From: a virus | Taxonomy: Duplodnaviria; Caudoviricetes | Virus record (IMG/VR): IMGVR_UViG_3300044695_004869 | Reading direction: 5' to 3' (one strand) | Length of the DNA: 64,000 nt | In this document: positions 19,418-30,414 of the stretch, in pieces | Layout of the letters: each line of letters begins with the position of its first letter | Position numbering within the stretch: the stretch's first letter is position 1 | Notes under the pieces: model-generated | What the model was told of the DNA's origin: nothing | Seen by the model: the letters and a program-made list of their open reading frames with translations, nothing else | Databases searched by the model: none | Position numbers and translations under genes: made by a program

Positions 19418-21256
19418 TCAAGAGAAATTAATCGTTCTGAAGTTAAGGACATTAACCGTAATATCCTTGTTTGGGAACCTAATTTGGTATATTTGGGTAG
19501 GTTCGGCAAAGACAGTATCCGCAACTAATTTTATCATTTTTGTAGACGGGTCTTCATATTGTTGAGAAGTTTGTGAAGATGAGTATTGTCCCCCAACCTT
19601 ATTATAGACAAAAATACCCGAAATAGATATTACCCCATTTTCACTTTGTATTAATCGTCTTATTTCAGATATATAAACATTTTGTCCTAACCCTCTAACC
19701 GCTGGGCTAAAATAAGCGGTAATAATATTAATAATCTTAGCAACAATAGACCCTTGATTTTGACTAGAATCTAAAACAACATCAACATCAATCGCTAAAT
19801 CAATAACATTTGCCGTCTCAACGGAGATATAGTCATTAATCATTCTATAATTAGATAAATAATTAGCAACATTATTCTTAAGTGTGTTAGAAACTACTTC
19901 AGTTAAATTACCACTAGTGTCGTAAGATAACATTTTAATTTTTATTTTATTATTTTCTTCAACAATAGAAACTTTACCGGGTGCACCAAATTGTGATGGC
20001 ATCGTTCTTAATGCCGATTCATAATCATTAATGGTTACCGCCCTATTTTGTGCGGCAAAATTGTAAGTTACATATTGTCTTACTTCTTCTGTTGTTGGGG
20101 GATTTGATCCACCTATAGCTGCAGTTACATTGTTTACTCTAAGTGAATTCACCACAGTTGAATTAATCGATTCTGACGGACCATTAACAAAAAATGATAC
20201 CGTACCTATTTGAGTGATGATGTTAACCCCCAAGTTTGTTGCTTGACCTCCACCGACTCTGTATTGTACGAATAAAGTAGAGTTTGATTTCAACGCACTA
20301 CCTAAAGCTAAATTATTAACATATTTGTTTAAGTCAAAACCAACACCATCTCTTGCAAATTCTCTTAATTGTTCTTCTGCCGATACATTTCCACCACCAA
20401 AGGTTAATTTACAAAATCCTTCAGGTGTAAACTCACTAATAAATTTAGTATTTGTTACAACATACTTTCCAACCTTTATACCCGGTTGATCGGATGGTTT
20501 AGTTGGATCCTCAATAAATACTCTATCTTCAGCCAAAGCTTGTACTTCATACCATCTATTCTCTAACCCCAAAAATTCTTGAGCCGAAGGTGGTGAAGTG
20601 TATTGTGTTCCATCCTTAAGTAAAACACTTGTAATACCTAAAACATTTTTTTCAGGTAAAAATAATTCAAAGAATGGTTTAACATCATTTGGGGTAATTA
20701 CTCTTTTGAAAACTTTTGTTATACCATTAACGATAACTTCTCTTTTGGTTATTGTATAATTAATGATATTATTATTTGAATCAAAATTTGGTACTTTCAA
20801 TCTATTTGGTGACCCCTCAGCATTCGTTGGAGATGCAAAATCAATATCGTATACTGTTTCAAATGGTTGTCCCGCACCATTTACTTGAGATCCTCGTCTT
20901 AAAATACCACAGTATCTTAAATCTTCTTTATCCCCAAAAGCAGGAACAGTAATAGAAAAATCAACTAAAGCAACAGATGGTCTTGATCCGGGAATCTTTA
21001 AACCATACGTTCTTGCAATATTATAAACTGATGATTTTTGTTGAGCGTATTGTAGAACAGTTTCTTGTATACTTCTATCAATCTGAAACTGTAAGTTATC
21101 AGTTACCGCAGCATTTAAATCTAATAAAACCGAGAATACCCCAGCATCATTAAAATTCTGAACAAGGTCAGGGTAATAAGTTCTTGTGAAATTAATAAGT
21201 TCAGTTCTTATTCCCGCAAAATCTCTCGTTGTGTACGATATTTTTTTATTCGCCAT
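19418..21256 (-). CDS. Baseplate wedge subunit (T4 gp6 / baseplate J-like)
   Basis: YTTRDF..IR.EL, YRVGGG..TN, GG..PPT.EEVR, AQNRAVTINDY are gp6/J-type motifs. It follows the gp25-like gene. Confidence 0.9.
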   Translation of the reverse strand: MANKKISYTTRDFAGIRTELINFTRTYYPDLVQNFNDAGVFSVLLDLNAAVTDNLQFQIDRSIQETVLQYAQQKSSVYNIARTYGLKIPGSRPSVALVDFSITVPAFGDKEDLRYCGILRRGSQVNGAGQPFETVYDIDFASPTNAEGSPNRLKVPNFDSNNNIINYTITKREVIVNGITKVFKRVITPNDVKPFFELFLPEKNVLGITSVLLKDGTQYTSPPSAQEFLGLENRWYEVQALAEDRVFIEDPTKPSDQPGIKVGKYVVTNTKFISEFTPEGFCKLTFGGGNVSAEEQLREFARDGVGFDLNKYVNNLALGSALKSNSTLFVQYRVGGGQATNLGVNIITQIGTVSFFVNGPSESINSTVVNSLRVNNVTAAIGGSNPPTTEEVRQYVTYNFAAQNRAVTINDYESALRTMPSQFGAPGKVSIVEENNKIKIKMLSYDTSGNLTEVVSNTLKNNVANYLSNYRMINDYISVETANVIDLAIDVDVVLDSSQNQGSIVAKIINIITAYFSPAVRGLGQNVYISEIRRLIQSENGVISISGIFVYNKVGGQYSSSQTSQQYEDPSTKMIKLVADTVFAEPTQIYQIRFPNKDITVNVLNFRTINFS

Positions 21257-21262
21257 ATACTA

Positions 21263-21721
21263 TTAAATATTGATAATTACAAAATCGCTTGAATTGAAAG
21301 CGTTATTAGTGTTTCTATAATCAATTCTTACTTTTGCCGTATGTTCTAATTGAGCAATGTTTGGAACTGTAAATTCTTTCTCACCATATTGGTTTATATA
21401 AGTTCCTTGATTTTCTTCCCCCATTGAAGCATCTGTGATCTTAATGTTAGTAATCAGGATACCTGGCATATATTTACCAACCGAATCCCTTATCTCACTT
21501 TCAATTTCACTAAATGTTGGTCCATCTAATGGTTCAAAAATATATTCATACAATCTTGACCCAAAATCAGGTAAAAAATACCTTGTTCCTTTTTTACTTA
21601 ATAATAAGTGTACAAGATTACTTCTTATTTCCTCATCACTATCGTTAGAAGTATCCAAATATCTACCAACGAATGAATCTCTAAACGGGAAAGTTAAACC
21701 ATATGTTATTCCATTTGCCAT
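21263..21721 (-). CDS. Baseplate wedge gp25-like (sheath initiator)
   Basis: IRSNLVHLLLSKKGTRYFLPDFGSRLYEYIFEP is a GPW/gp25 motif. The real start is probably MANG at 21721, since the longer call overlaps a terminator. Confidence 0.9.
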   Translation of the reverse strand: MANGITYGLTFPFRDSFVGRYLDTSNDSDEEIRSNLVHLLLSKKGTRYFLPDFGSRLYEYIFEPLDGPTFSEIESEIRDSVGKYMPGILITNIKITDASMGEENQGTYINQYGEKEFTVPNIAQLEHTAKVRIDYRNTNNAFNSSDFVIINI

Positions 21722-21774
21722 ATTCAATAAATATACTCTCAATAATTTTTGAATAAATACATTAGAAAATAAAA

Positions 21775-21795
21775 AATCCCGACTTAGCCGGGATT
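21775..21795 (-). terminator. Rho-independent terminator after nrdA
   Basis: AATCCCG-gctaagt-CGGGATT followed by a T-rich run on the minus strand. Confidence 0.7.
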
Positions 21796-21817
21796 CTCTG
21801 ATGATACGCAATCCATC

Positions 21818-24250
21818 TTACGATGAACACCCAAAACACTCAAACTCTGAACTATCAGGTTTTGGTGGTAAGTTCATATTTGTATAATCAACTTTTGGTG
21901 GTTCTGGTGTAACTTTTGGTTTATCTCTTTTAGTCATATCCAACGCCAAGTGTTTCGCCCCTGTCGAAATTGCTTTAGTTCTAACATAATAACATAAAGT
22001 TTTCAATCCTTTTTCCCATGAATGGAAGTGTGATGAGGTAATTTTTGATAATGTTGGGTTTGACATATAGATATTCATTGATTGTGATTGATCAATAAAT
22101 GGTGCTCTGTCTGCCGCCATGTCAATAAGTTGTTTTTGCGAAATCTCCCAAATTGTTTTGTATTTAGGGATTAAATGTTCAATTCGTTTTACTTTCTTAT
22201 TGTAATTCTTATCCTCAGGATCTAAATAATTATTAAAATTGATGTTTTGAATAGAACCTTCATTCATGATGATTTCATTTTTTAAGTCCTCAGACCATAT
22301 TCCAATTTTCTCAAAGTCAGCGATTAGATATTTGTTTACAATCATAATCTCACCTCCAACCACACGTCTGTTGAATAACGCCGAGTGAGCCGGTTCAGTC
22401 ATTTCAAAAGATCCGGTAATTTTTGCGGAAGATGCTACAGGCATTTGTGCCGTAAATAATGAGTTACACACTCCATATTCACTAACATCATTCTTTAATT
22501 TATTCCAATCCCAATATCCTGATAAATCATTTTCAGTTAACCCCCACATATCGTATTGGAAAACTCCTTTTGACATTGGCGACCCTTTAAAGAATTTATA
22601 TGGTTTGTACTTACCTTTTTTACACAAATCATTACTTTCATAAATCGCCCCATAATAAATGGTCTCAAAAATTTGTTTATTTAAAGTTTTTGCTTCTTCT
22701 TCAGTAAAGATTAAATCAAGTAAATAAAACACATCTGCTAATCCTTGAGTACCAACTGCAATTGCTCTTTGTTCTAACCCACCTTTTAATCCTTTTTGTG
22801 TTGAGTAGTTATTAATATCAACAACTTTATTCAAAGTTCTAACAACTTTTCTAACCTCTTCAAATAACAATTGGAAATCAAATTTATTACTTTTAACGAA
22901 GTTTTTTAACACGATTGAAGATAGTGTACAGATCGCAGTTGTTTCTTCATCTGTGTATTGATAAATTTCATTACATAGATTTGATTGTTTGATTACCCCA
23001 ATGTTTTGATGATTTGTTTTTCTGTTAGCACTATCTTTAGAACATAAATATGGGACACCTGTTTCAACTTGAGATTCAATAATTTTAGTCCATATTGTTT
23101 GTGCTGAAACTTTTTTACCTAACCCTATTTGTACCGCAGTATCATATACCTGTTCGTATTCATCACCATAACATTCTTGTAATGGTTTTAAACCAGCCTT
23201 TTTAATGTCATTAGGACAGAACAAATACCAATCGGTATTTTCTTTAACCGCCCTCATAAAGTTATCAGGTAACCAAAGTGCCGTAAATAAATCACGAGCC
23301 CTTAATTCTTCCGCTCCGGTGTTCTTTTTAATGTCCAATAGATCCAATATATCTTTGTGCCAAGGTTCAAGATAAATTGCTGCCGATCCAGGTCTACGAC
23401 CTTGTTGATTAAAGAATCGTAATGACTCATTAACAATTTTAAGGTATTTTAACAAACCTCCCGCATATCCACCTGAACTTGAAATCCTACTTTCTTTACT
23501 TCTAATGTTTGACATTGATAAACCAATGCCAGCCGCGTCAGAAGAATACGTTGAAATGTCGTTCAAAGTATGTAATAAACCATTACGTGAATCTGAATTG
23601 TTGTAATGTAATACACATGATGCTAATTGAGGTACTTTTGTACCCGAATTAATCATGATTGGGGTTGCCTTAGATATAAGTTGATTTGATAGTGATTTGT
23701 AATACTCTACCGCCTCAACAAAAGTATCTGTAACCCACAATGCTATTCTCATATACATATGTTGTGGTCTTTCCACCGTAATACCATTAGGTCTCTTTAA
23801 AAGATACATTTCTTGTAGTGATCTCCAAGCAAAATAATCAAAATTATAATCATTATCGTGATTAATAACCGCATCAATTGTATCTTCACCATACTCTTTA
23901 ATGGTTTCAATTAATTTTTCATTAATGATACCATCACCATAAAGTAACATCATAGTTTCAGAAAAACTAGGATTTGTCTCTTTATGATATGATGAGATAG
24001 CAACTGAAGACGCCAATCTTGAGTAATCGTGGTGACTACCGGTATATGATGCGGCAATCTCATATACAAGTTTATCTAATTCTTTTGTTGTTATTTCACC
24101 TTCAGTAGGTACTGAAGTAATAACTTTAATAAAAATCTCATCTGAATTTACGTTCAGACCTTTTGCCGATCGTTTAACACGATTGTAAATTTTTTGTGGG
24201 TTAAATGATACATTATCCCCATCTCTTTTAAGTATTTTAAGTGACATCAT
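21818..24250 (-). CDS. nrdA: Ribonucleoside-diphosphate reductase class Ia alpha subunit with ATP cone
   Basis: N-terminal ATP cone, ATP(I)MINSG, QLASC, SNLCNEI, AQMPVASS, KTLCYY and C-terminal CFGC redox pair. Confidence 0.97.
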   Translation of the reverse strand: MMSLKILKRDGDNVSFNPQKIYNRVKRSAKGLNVNSDEIFIKVITSVPTEGEITTKELDKLVYEIAASYTGSHHDYSRLASSVAISSYHKETNPSFSETMMLLYGDGIINEKLIETIKEYGEDTIDAVINHDNDYNFDYFAWRSLQEMYLLKRPNGITVERPQHMYMRIALWVTDTFVEAVEYYKSLSNQLISKATPIMINSGTKVPQLASCVLHYNNSDSRNGLLHTLNDISTYSSDAAGIGLSMSNIRSKESRISSSGGYAGGLLKYLKIVNESLRFFNQQGRRPGSAAIYLEPWHKDILDLLDIKKNTGAEELRARDLFTALWLPDNFMRAVKENTDWYLFCPNDIKKAGLKPLQECYGDEYEQVYDTAVQIGLGKKVSAQTIWTKIIESQVETGVPYLCSKDSANRKTNHQNIGVIKQSNLCNEIYQYTDEETTAICTLSSIVLKNFVKSNKFDFQLLFEEVRKVVRTLNKVVDINNYSTQKGLKGGLEQRAIAVGTQGLADVFYLLDLIFTEEEAKTLNKQIFETIYYGAIYESNDLCKKGKYKPYKFFKGSPMSKGVFQYDMWGLTENDLSGYWDWNKLKNDVSEYGVCNSLFTAQMPVASSAKITGSFEMTEPAHSALFNRRVVGGEIMIVNKYLIADFEKIGIWSEDLKNEIIMNEGSIQNINFNNYLDPEDKNYNKKVKRIEHLIPKYKTIWEISQKQLIDMAADRAPFIDQSQSMNIYMSNPTLSKITSSHFHSWEKGLKTLCYYVRTKAISTGAKHLALDMTKRDKPKVTPEPPKVDYTNMNLPPKPDSSEFECFGCSS

Positions 24251-24261
24251 ATTTTTTTTAT

Positions 24262-25209
24262 TTAAAAATCTTCTTCAAATGTAATTGTTTCATTTAATTT
24301 CGCCTTTTGATATTCCATTGTTCTGGATTCAAAGAAATTACCTTTTGTTTCAACCGCAATTTGTTCCATGAACTTAAATGGTTGTTCAACATTAAATTCT
24401 TTACTACATCCAAACTTAAGAAGTAATCCGTCAACAACAAACTCTAAGTATTGTTTCATTAGGTTTGAATTCATTCCAATTAATGAAACAGGTAATGATT
24501 CTGTGATAAATTCTTTTTCAATCTCCAAAGCGGATAACAAAATTTCTTTAATTCTTTTTTCAGACGGTTTCTCATCACAATGATTATTCAATAAATGGAT
24601 AGCAAAATCACAATGTAAATTTTCATCTTTAAATATTAGTGAATTAGCGTTACATAATCCTTGCATAATCCCTCTTGATTTCATCCAAAAGATAGAACAA
24701 AATGACCCTGAAAAGAAGATCCCCTCAACCGCAGCAAACGCCACTAATCTTTCTTGAAATGATGAATTATCTATCCAATTTAATGCCCAAGTTGCTTTCT
24801 TCTTAACTGCCGGTAAGTTCTCAATAGCATTAAAACACTCATCTTTTTCTTTAGGATTACTAATGTAAGTATCAATCAATAATGAGTACATTAATGAGTG
24901 AATATTCTCCATTGCTAATTGGAATCCATAAAAGAATTTTGCTTCAGGATACTGAACCTCTCGGTAAAAGTTCTCCGCTAAATTCTCATTAACAATTCCA
25001 TCTGAAGCCGCAAAAAACGATAATACGTTCTTTACAAAGAATTTTTCATTATCCGTTAATTTTTCCCAGTCACGAATATCATTCGTTAAATCAACCTCCT
25101 CAGCCGTCCAAAAAGCCGCTTGATGCATTTTGTAATATTCCCAAATATCATTGTGTTCAATTGGGAAGATGACAAACCTATTAGGATTTTCAACTAATAT
25201 TTTTTCCAT
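24262..25209 (-). CDS. nrdB: Ribonucleoside-diphosphate reductase beta subunit (eukaryote-like R2 type)
   Basis: [43 protein letters not shown] and TNFFE-like GNFFE. Confidence 0.97.
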   Translation of the reverse strand: MEKILVENPNRFVIFPIEHNDIWEYYKMHQAAFWTAEEVDLTNDIRDWEKLTDNEKFFVKNVLSFFAASDGIVNENLAENFYREVQYPEAKFFYGFQLAMENIHSLMYSLLIDTYISNPKEKDECFNAIENLPAVKKKATWALNWIDNSSFQERLVAFAAVEGIFFSGSFCSIFWMKSRGIMQGLCNANSLIFKDENLHCDFAIHLLNNHCDEKPSEKRIKEILLSALEIEKEFITESLPVSLIGMNSNLMKQYLEFVVDGLLLKFGCSKEFNVEQPFKFMEQIAVETKGNFFESRTMEYQKAKLNETITFEEDF

Positions 25210-25225
25210 TTTCTTTAAATTTTTT

Positions 25226-26617
25226 TTAATTGTTTTTTGTTTCGTCTTTTTGTTTTTGTTGTCTTTTTTCCAACAATTCTCTAACTCTTTGTCTTTGTCT
25301 TTCTTCTTGTTTTTCCTCTAACCCTAAGAATGTCATTGAACTTTCAGTGTCAATATCAATCATCGCATTATCAAATTTACAATTTTCAAAGACAACACCA
25401 TCATCACCGATTCTTGATTTAGTGATGGCAATAGTTGCTAATTTCATTTCTTTTTGTTGTAATGTCTTTGCTATGGAAATGATAACGTGTCCAACTTGTG
25501 CTTTCTTAATAGATCCACCCATTTGGTCAGTGGTAACAACCTCAGAAGATATAGAACTTCTATTCCCTTGTGTTGCTGTCCATCCAACTAAATTAAGTTC
25601 GTGACACATCGCTTCAAATCCTCTCATTACAGATCCTTCACTCTTCCATTCATCCCCCAAGTTCTTATCAGGAACAACACAGTCAATGTAATCAAGTAAA
25701 ACCATATCAACCTTCAAACCATCTGCAATCATCTTTCTAATTTGATTCTTAATTTGTAACATTGTTACAGTATCAGATGGTAATTTTTTCATGATTAACT
25801 TATTACTCATGGTTTCCTCAATCTCTTTAACTTTTTGGATAACTACATCTCTTTTTTCTGACAATTCGTCAGGATGTATCTTAGTCCAAAGGGTGTAATG
25901 TTTTCTTTGAATTACCTTTGGGTTATCCTCAAAAAAGATTTGTAATACGTTAAATCCTAAGTTAAATGCGTGGTTAGCAATTTTAGTTAAGACAGTTGAT
26001 TTACCAACCCCTGTTGGTGCTAAAATCACACCGATCTCTCCTTTAGCCAAACCACCTTTCATTAGTCGGTCAATACCAGGTATTCCCATTGGAATTGGAT
26101 GTCTGTAATCGTCATCTAACACCTGATCCATGTTGGAGAAAACATCCAAAATACTTGTATCTTTTTCTCCAACTTGTAATGCTCCTCTGACCATTTCTTC
26201 AAGGGCATCGTAGTTCTCAAATTCACCACCGTCAATGATCTTTTGTGCCTTACCCATTACTTTCTGTAACTCTTGTTGTTTACAGAACTTTAATGCCTTT
26301 TCTTGTACAAAATCCACTCCGTCGATAGGTGCATCCTTGATTTTCTTAATTGTGTCTAACACAACTTTAGACGCAATTTCTTGTTGTAATTCAGATTTTG
26401 TGATCTGTTCTAATGTTTCAAATGATGGTGTATGATTGTATTTTGAATAATACTCTCTGATCATTTGTACAATTATTTTAAAGTATTTATTCTCAAAATA
26501 ATTGTTCTCAATCACATCAATAATTGAGTGTGAAAAGTCCTTGTCTAAGACCATTTGATTTAATAATTGTAATTGGAATACATTCCCCAAATACTCAAAA
26601 TTTTTGTTTGTCGCCAT
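25226..26617 (-). CDS. dnaB: Replicative SF4 helicase (DnaB / T4 gp41-like)
   Basis: Walker A APTGVGKS, Walker B LDYID, and TATQGNR motif. Confidence 0.92.
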   Translation of the reverse strand: MATNKNFEYLGNVFQLQLLNQMVLDKDFSHSIIDVIENNYFENKYFKIIVQMIREYYSKYNHTPSFETLEQITKSELQQEIASKVVLDTIKKIKDAPIDGVDFVQEKALKFCKQQELQKVMGKAQKIIDGGEFENYDALEEMVRGALQVGEKDTSILDVFSNMDQVLDDDYRHPIPMGIPGIDRLMKGGLAKGEIGVILAPTGVGKSTVLTKIANHAFNLGFNVLQIFFEDNPKVIQRKHYTLWTKIHPDELSEKRDVVIQKVKEIEETMSNKLIMKKLPSDTVTMLQIKNQIRKMIADGLKVDMVLLDYIDCVVPDKNLGDEWKSEGSVMRGFEAMCHELNLVGWTATQGNRSSISSEVVTTDQMGGSIKKAQVGHVIISIAKTLQQKEMKLATIAITKSRIGDDGVVFENCKFDNAMIDIDTESSMTFLGLEEKQEERQRQRVRELLEKRQQKQKDETKNN

Positions 26618-26651
26618 ATAATTTTCCTTCTGTTAGTAAAGATAAATACTA

Positions 26652-27101
26652 TTAGTTTTGGATAAATTCGGGATAATAAAAATTAAAATTTTTGCCTGAA
26701 AAAATGTCAGTCAGGTCACTTAGTATACCTTTTAGTTGTGGGCGTAGGTCTACGGTGTATCTTACCTTTGGTGGGTATAGTTTAGCATCAAAAGTTCTCT
26801 GACAAATTGTCATGTCCCCAACCTTAATATATACATTAAAATTTTCAGGACCGTCTGTAATTGACGTATTTAACATCTCAGGGTTCTCCCCAATTTCATA
26901 TTGATTGTCTAACATATAGACAATACTTCTCATCTTTAAATTGTATTGTAGTTTTTCTGTAAAACTACGGATATAATCGTAAAACTCTTCTGATTTGTGA
27001 GCACTTCTATTAAAACCTTTCACATTAAAAAATCGTTGTACTACGATGTTATCATTACACATTAACAAAAACTCTACCTTTGTTACATCTTGATCTCTCA
27101 T
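26652..27101 (-). CDS. Conserved hypothetical protein in the replication block
   Basis: 149-aa ORF packed between the exonuclease and helicase genes. Confidence 0.6.
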   Translation of the reverse strand: MRDQDVTKVEFLLMCNDNIVVQRFFNVKGFNRSAHKSEEFYDYIRSFTEKLQYNLKMRSIVYMLDNQYEIGENPEMLNTSITDGPENFNVYIKVGDMTICQRTFDAKLYPPKVRYTVDLRPQLKGILSDLTDIFSGKNFNFYYPEFIQN

Positions 27102-27111
27102 AATTTTGTTT

Positions 27112-28119
27112 TTACTTTTTGTTTCTAAATTTTGTTTTTTCTTTTCTTGATAATTTCAAAAATGGTTTTAAGAAATTAACCCAATTATCATCTCCTTTTG
27201 GTAGGTATTTAAAGAATCCATCCTCCATCATCATTCTAATTAGATTTCTATGTCCTCTACCGTCGGGATCCATCGACTCTGATTGGTACATTTCAACTAA
27301 TTCTTTTCCCTCATCGGAAATTAAAGGTTCTGATAAATCAACTATTTTTTGATTAACTACAAAAAACTCATCCCCATAAATCCCCTCCTTTGTTTTCCCA
27401 CTGAGTAAATTCTGTAAGACAACAACGTCTTTATTTTCTTTCAGTAATTCCTCACCTTTTGTTAAAATATCGGTAAAAGAAACCTCTGAATCAAGTATCT
27501 CAGGAAAAAACTTAACTAAAGTTTTCTCACCAAGATAAAAGATACCATCGATGTTGTCTGAACTATCCCCCGTTAAGATCTTAACAGTTTTAATATTATT
27601 GTGCGGAAACTCATAATCTTTAAGTTTAATTTTGTCTCCGAACTTATAATAACGTTTTGCTTGGGGGGAATAAATAGATACCTTTTCAGATATCAACTGA
27701 GTTAAATCTCTATCACTTGAGAATATCGTTTTTTCTTCTTCTAACGATACTTTACAGTAGTGTGCGATAAGATCATCGGCTTCTGAATTTTCCGTCTCTA
27801 ATTGTCTCACAAACATCTCTTCAAGATATTGTTTAACTCTTTGTTTTTGATTGGTGAAGGATTCTTCCTTACTTTCGTTTTCCAAAGGATTACGATTGAG
27901 TTTATATTTTGGGTATAGTATTCTTCTCTGTGATGAGCTTGTTTTACTATCCCAAAATACAACTACTTTATTGAAGTTTGTTTCTTCTAAGAATTTACGT
28001 AACGTATTTAAAAAGTGCCAAATACCTCCTACGTGTTCACCTTTGTTAAAAAGATCACGAGCCCCGTGAAATCCTATTTTTAATAAATTGTTACCGTCAA
28101 CCAATAAGGTTTTTGACAT
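27112..28119 (-). CDS. 5'-3' exonuclease / flap endonuclease (T4 RNase H, Pol I N-terminal-like)
   Basis: LLVDGNNL, VVFWD, R..YP.YK.NR, EADDLIA, SSDRDLTQL and LTGDSSDNIDGI..LGEKT. Confidence 0.93.
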   Translation of the reverse strand: MSKTLLVDGNNLLKIGFHGARDLFNKGEHVGGIWHFLNTLRKFLEETNFNKVVVFWDSKTSSSQRRILYPKYKLNRNPLENESKEESFTNQKQRVKQYLEEMFVRQLETENSEADDLIAHYCKVSLEEEKTIFSSDRDLTQLISEKVSIYSPQAKRYYKFGDKIKLKDYEFPHNNIKTVKILTGDSSDNIDGIFYLGEKTLVKFFPEILDSEVSFTDILTKGEELLKENKDVVVLQNLLSGKTKEGIYGDEFFVVNQKIVDLSEPLISDEGKELVEMYQSESMDPDGRGHRNLIRMMMEDGFFKYLPKGDDNWVNFLKPFLKLSRKEKTKFRNKK

Positions 28120-28140
28120 TTTGTTTTACTTTAAATGTTA

Positions 28141-29148
28141 CTACTCTACTTCTTCTTTTTCTGTTTTCAAATCAAAGTCACCATCAACTCCGATTATGTC
28201 TTTCCAATAGTCAGCATATTCTTTCTTATACTTTTCTATTGATGCCTTTTCTTCTGTGGTATCTTTACCCGGTAAAAATCCGTGTGGGGTTACAATGATT
28301 TTACCATCTTCAAATCCAAGTCCATTGATGTGGTTTTTCATAACCGACACTTTTGTTCTTGAAGCAAACTTAACTGTTCGTTTGTCTTTTGTTGCGGTAA
28401 TCTTTGTTGTACCCGCACCTTTTTGATTCCCAAATAAGAATACCAAAGAAGAGTTCAACCAAATTGCCTCACCACCTTTAGCTTTAATTTTTGGTTGTCC
28501 AAATGGATTGTCAGGTAATTCAACCCAAGGTTGATTAACAATGATTAAAGTATTCTCGTATTTAGAATCCGCTTTACGAGATCCTGAAATACGTTGGTTA
28601 ATACCCATACCAATTTTATCCGCCAATGTGGAAGCGTTATGTTGTTTACCTCCTTTACCTTCGTAAGTCATTTTACAAGGAACTGATCCAACTGAATCCC
28701 ACATAATACAAAGTGAATAATCTAATTCACCTTTTTCTTGTGCATCCAATAGTTCATTAATGTAATCTGTAATTTGTTCAATATAACTGAAATTGTTATT
28801 AAACAAGAAGAATCCGTCCCAAGTTAATTCACCTGTTTCTTCATCGACTACTTCTTCACATTCAAACCCCATTATTTTTGAGTGTTCAAAGGACCATTTT
28901 TGTTCGGTAATAATGAAAACAGGAAGAATCCCTTTCTTTTGAGCATCAACCGCAGTTTTAATAAGTGCTGTTGTTTTACCAGTGTCAGAATGACCCAACA
29001 ACATATTAAGGTGTCCAATAGCAGGACCAGGTAAACCTACCGCATCCAAGAAATCAGATCCAAGATCAAAAAATCTTTGTGGTTTATATTTTGCGTCTGA
29101 AGAGAATTTTTTCTTCAATGAACTAAAATCTGTTTTCTTAATTGCCAT
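28141..29148 (-). CDS. recA: RecA/UvsX-like recombinase
   Basis: Walker A GHSDTGKTT, WDSVGS, LIIVNQ and GGEAI motif. Confidence 0.9.
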   Translation of the reverse strand: MAIKKTDFSSLKKKFSSDAKYKPQRFFDLGSDFLDAVGLPGPAIGHLNMLLGHSDTGKTTALIKTAVDAQKKGILPVFIITEQKWSFEHSKIMGFECEEVVDEETGELTWDGFFLFNNNFSYIEQITDYINELLDAQEKGELDYSLCIMWDSVGSVPCKMTYEGKGGKQHNASTLADKIGMGINQRISGSRKADSKYENTLIIVNQPWVELPDNPFGQPKIKAKGGEAIWLNSSLVFLFGNQKGAGTTKITATKDKRTVKFASRTKVSVMKNHINGLGFEDGKIIVTPHGFLPGKDTTEEKASIEKYKKEYADYWKDIIGVDGDFDLKTEKEEVE

Positions 29149-29149
29149 A

Positions 29150-29371
29150 TTAATTGAAATTATATTTATGGAATGTTTCTAATGCATTCATTTTATCTTG
29201 TGCGTTAACCATTTTCTCAACCAATTTATCCATTTCCTCAATGTGTTGTGGATGTTCTCCAATACCAACAGGATTTGTAAAATAAACTAACAAGGTTGCT
29301 TCCGCTTCCGCCATTTCCGAACGATACTTTAAGGTCAATGCCTCATACATTTTTTCTGAAATCTTATTCAT
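29150..29371 (-). CDS. Small conserved T4-like-phage hypothetical protein
   Basis: Y..NPVGIGEH motif, recalled from small proteins of aquatic T4-like phages. Confidence 0.6.
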   Translation of the reverse strand: MNKISEKMYEALTLKYRSEMAEAEATLLVYFTNPVGIGEHPQHIEEMDKLVEKMVNAQDKMNALETFHKYNFN

Positions 29372-29388
29372 TTTATTTTGATTTAAAA

Positions 29389-29425
29389 ATACTAGGACAC
29401 CTTGTCTATGTAAGTGTCCTAGTAT
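29389..29425 (-). terminator. 12-bp perfect inverted repeat / terminator after ssb
   Basis: ATACTAGGACAC-13 nt-GTGTCCTAGTAT followed by TTTT on the minus strand. Confidence 0.7.
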
Positions 29426-29440
29426 AAGTTATTATTTTAA

Positions 29441-30304
29441 TTAGAATGGTAAATCTTCGTCTTCGTCATCATTTACCTGAGGATCTGCAACCTCATTAAT
29501 TGATTTTGGTGTTGAACCTCCCATAGATACTTCCGATTCACTACTATTTGAGTAGATGTATTTACCTGCGTCTGTATCCCAACGAGGAGTTTCTCCTCTC
29601 GCAATTGATTCAAGATATTCAACAGGTTTTTTAGAATATACGTCCTCCCAAGTCAACTCATCGTTGATCCAAGTAGATGACTGTTCAGCGTCTTCATGTG
29701 TTGGTGTTGGATCGTCATACATTACGGTTTGAATTACCGTGTATGTTGCACCTTTTGGTGTCTTTGCCTTTGTAAGTTCAAGGATTAAGTCACGACCATT
29801 ATCTGAATCGGTAACATCTCCTTTAGCTCTAAGGATTGGAATGATTTTATCTAAAATTCCTTCTTGTTTGTAATTGTGTTTAAATCTCCAAAATTTAACA
29901 CCGTCTTCTTCGTGATCACGGTCAACCACTTTAACAATGTAAAACTTACGAGCTTTATATTGTGTTGCCAATTGTTTGTCTGATTCACGACCTGTTGACA
30001 TTAACTCTTCGTAAACCTCGTTTAAAGGTGAACGTTCGTTGTCATTTTTTCCCGGATCATAAAATTTCTGCCATTTACCATCAACATTGATTTCGTGGAA
30101 CCATACCTCTTTAAAAGGTGATGATCCATCAGTTGTTGGTAAAATACGGATTTTTCTTTGTCCTTGTTTTTCGCTGTCTTTAAGGATTGCTGCGAAATAC
30201 TTTTTCATTCTTTCGTCCTGAGACATTTTTGAAGTGGATGATCCACTTTGTTTTGAACTCTCGTACTGGTCCAACATTGCTTTTAAGGTTTCGTTTGTCG
30301 CCAT
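29441..30304 (-). CDS. Single-stranded DNA-binding protein (T4 gp32-like)
   Basis: IRILPT.DG.SPF.EVWFH, YIVKVVDR..EEDGVKFW, D..NGRDL.L and acidic C-terminus DEDEDLPF. Confidence 0.85.
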   Translation of the reverse strand: MATNETLKAMLDQYESSKQSGSSTSKMSQDERMKKYFAAILKDSEKQGQRKIRILPTTDGSSPFKEVWFHEINVDGKWQKFYDPGKNDNERSPLNEVYEELMSTGRESDKQLATQYKARKFYIVKVVDRDHEEDGVKFWRFKHNYKQEGILDKIIPILRAKGDVTDSDNGRDLILELTKAKTPKGATYTVIQTVMYDDPTPTHEDAEQSSTWINDELTWEDVYSKKPVEYLESIARGETPRWDTDAGKYIYSNSSESEVSMGGSTPKSINEVADPQVNDDEDEDLPF

Positions 30305-30336
30305 TGTATATATATTTATTAAAGGTTTACGTAGAA

Positions 30337-30365
30337 AATATAGTTATAAAAAATAGAGTAGTCAA
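30337..30365 (-). promoter_or_regulatory. Host-sigma-type (early/middle) promoter upstream of ssb
   Basis: TTGACT-17 nt-TATATT(TT) on the minus strand; also fits Flavobacterium TTG-N20-TAnnTTT. Confidence 0.5.
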
Positions 30366-30382
30366 TAAGGTATGTTAAAAAA

Positions 30383-30408
30383 AGAGAGAGATGTTAATGT
30401 CTCTCTCT
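30383..30408 (-). terminator. Rho-independent terminator
   Basis: AGAGAGAGA / TCTCTCTCT stem followed by a T run on the minus strand. Confidence 0.7.
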
Positions 30409-30414
30409 AAAGTA

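Noticed and set aside
21722-21811. Extended N-termini given by the ORF track (21811, 47670, 51057, 53261)
   Set aside because: The extensions run through terminators, promoters or neighbouring genes; downstream starts fit better.
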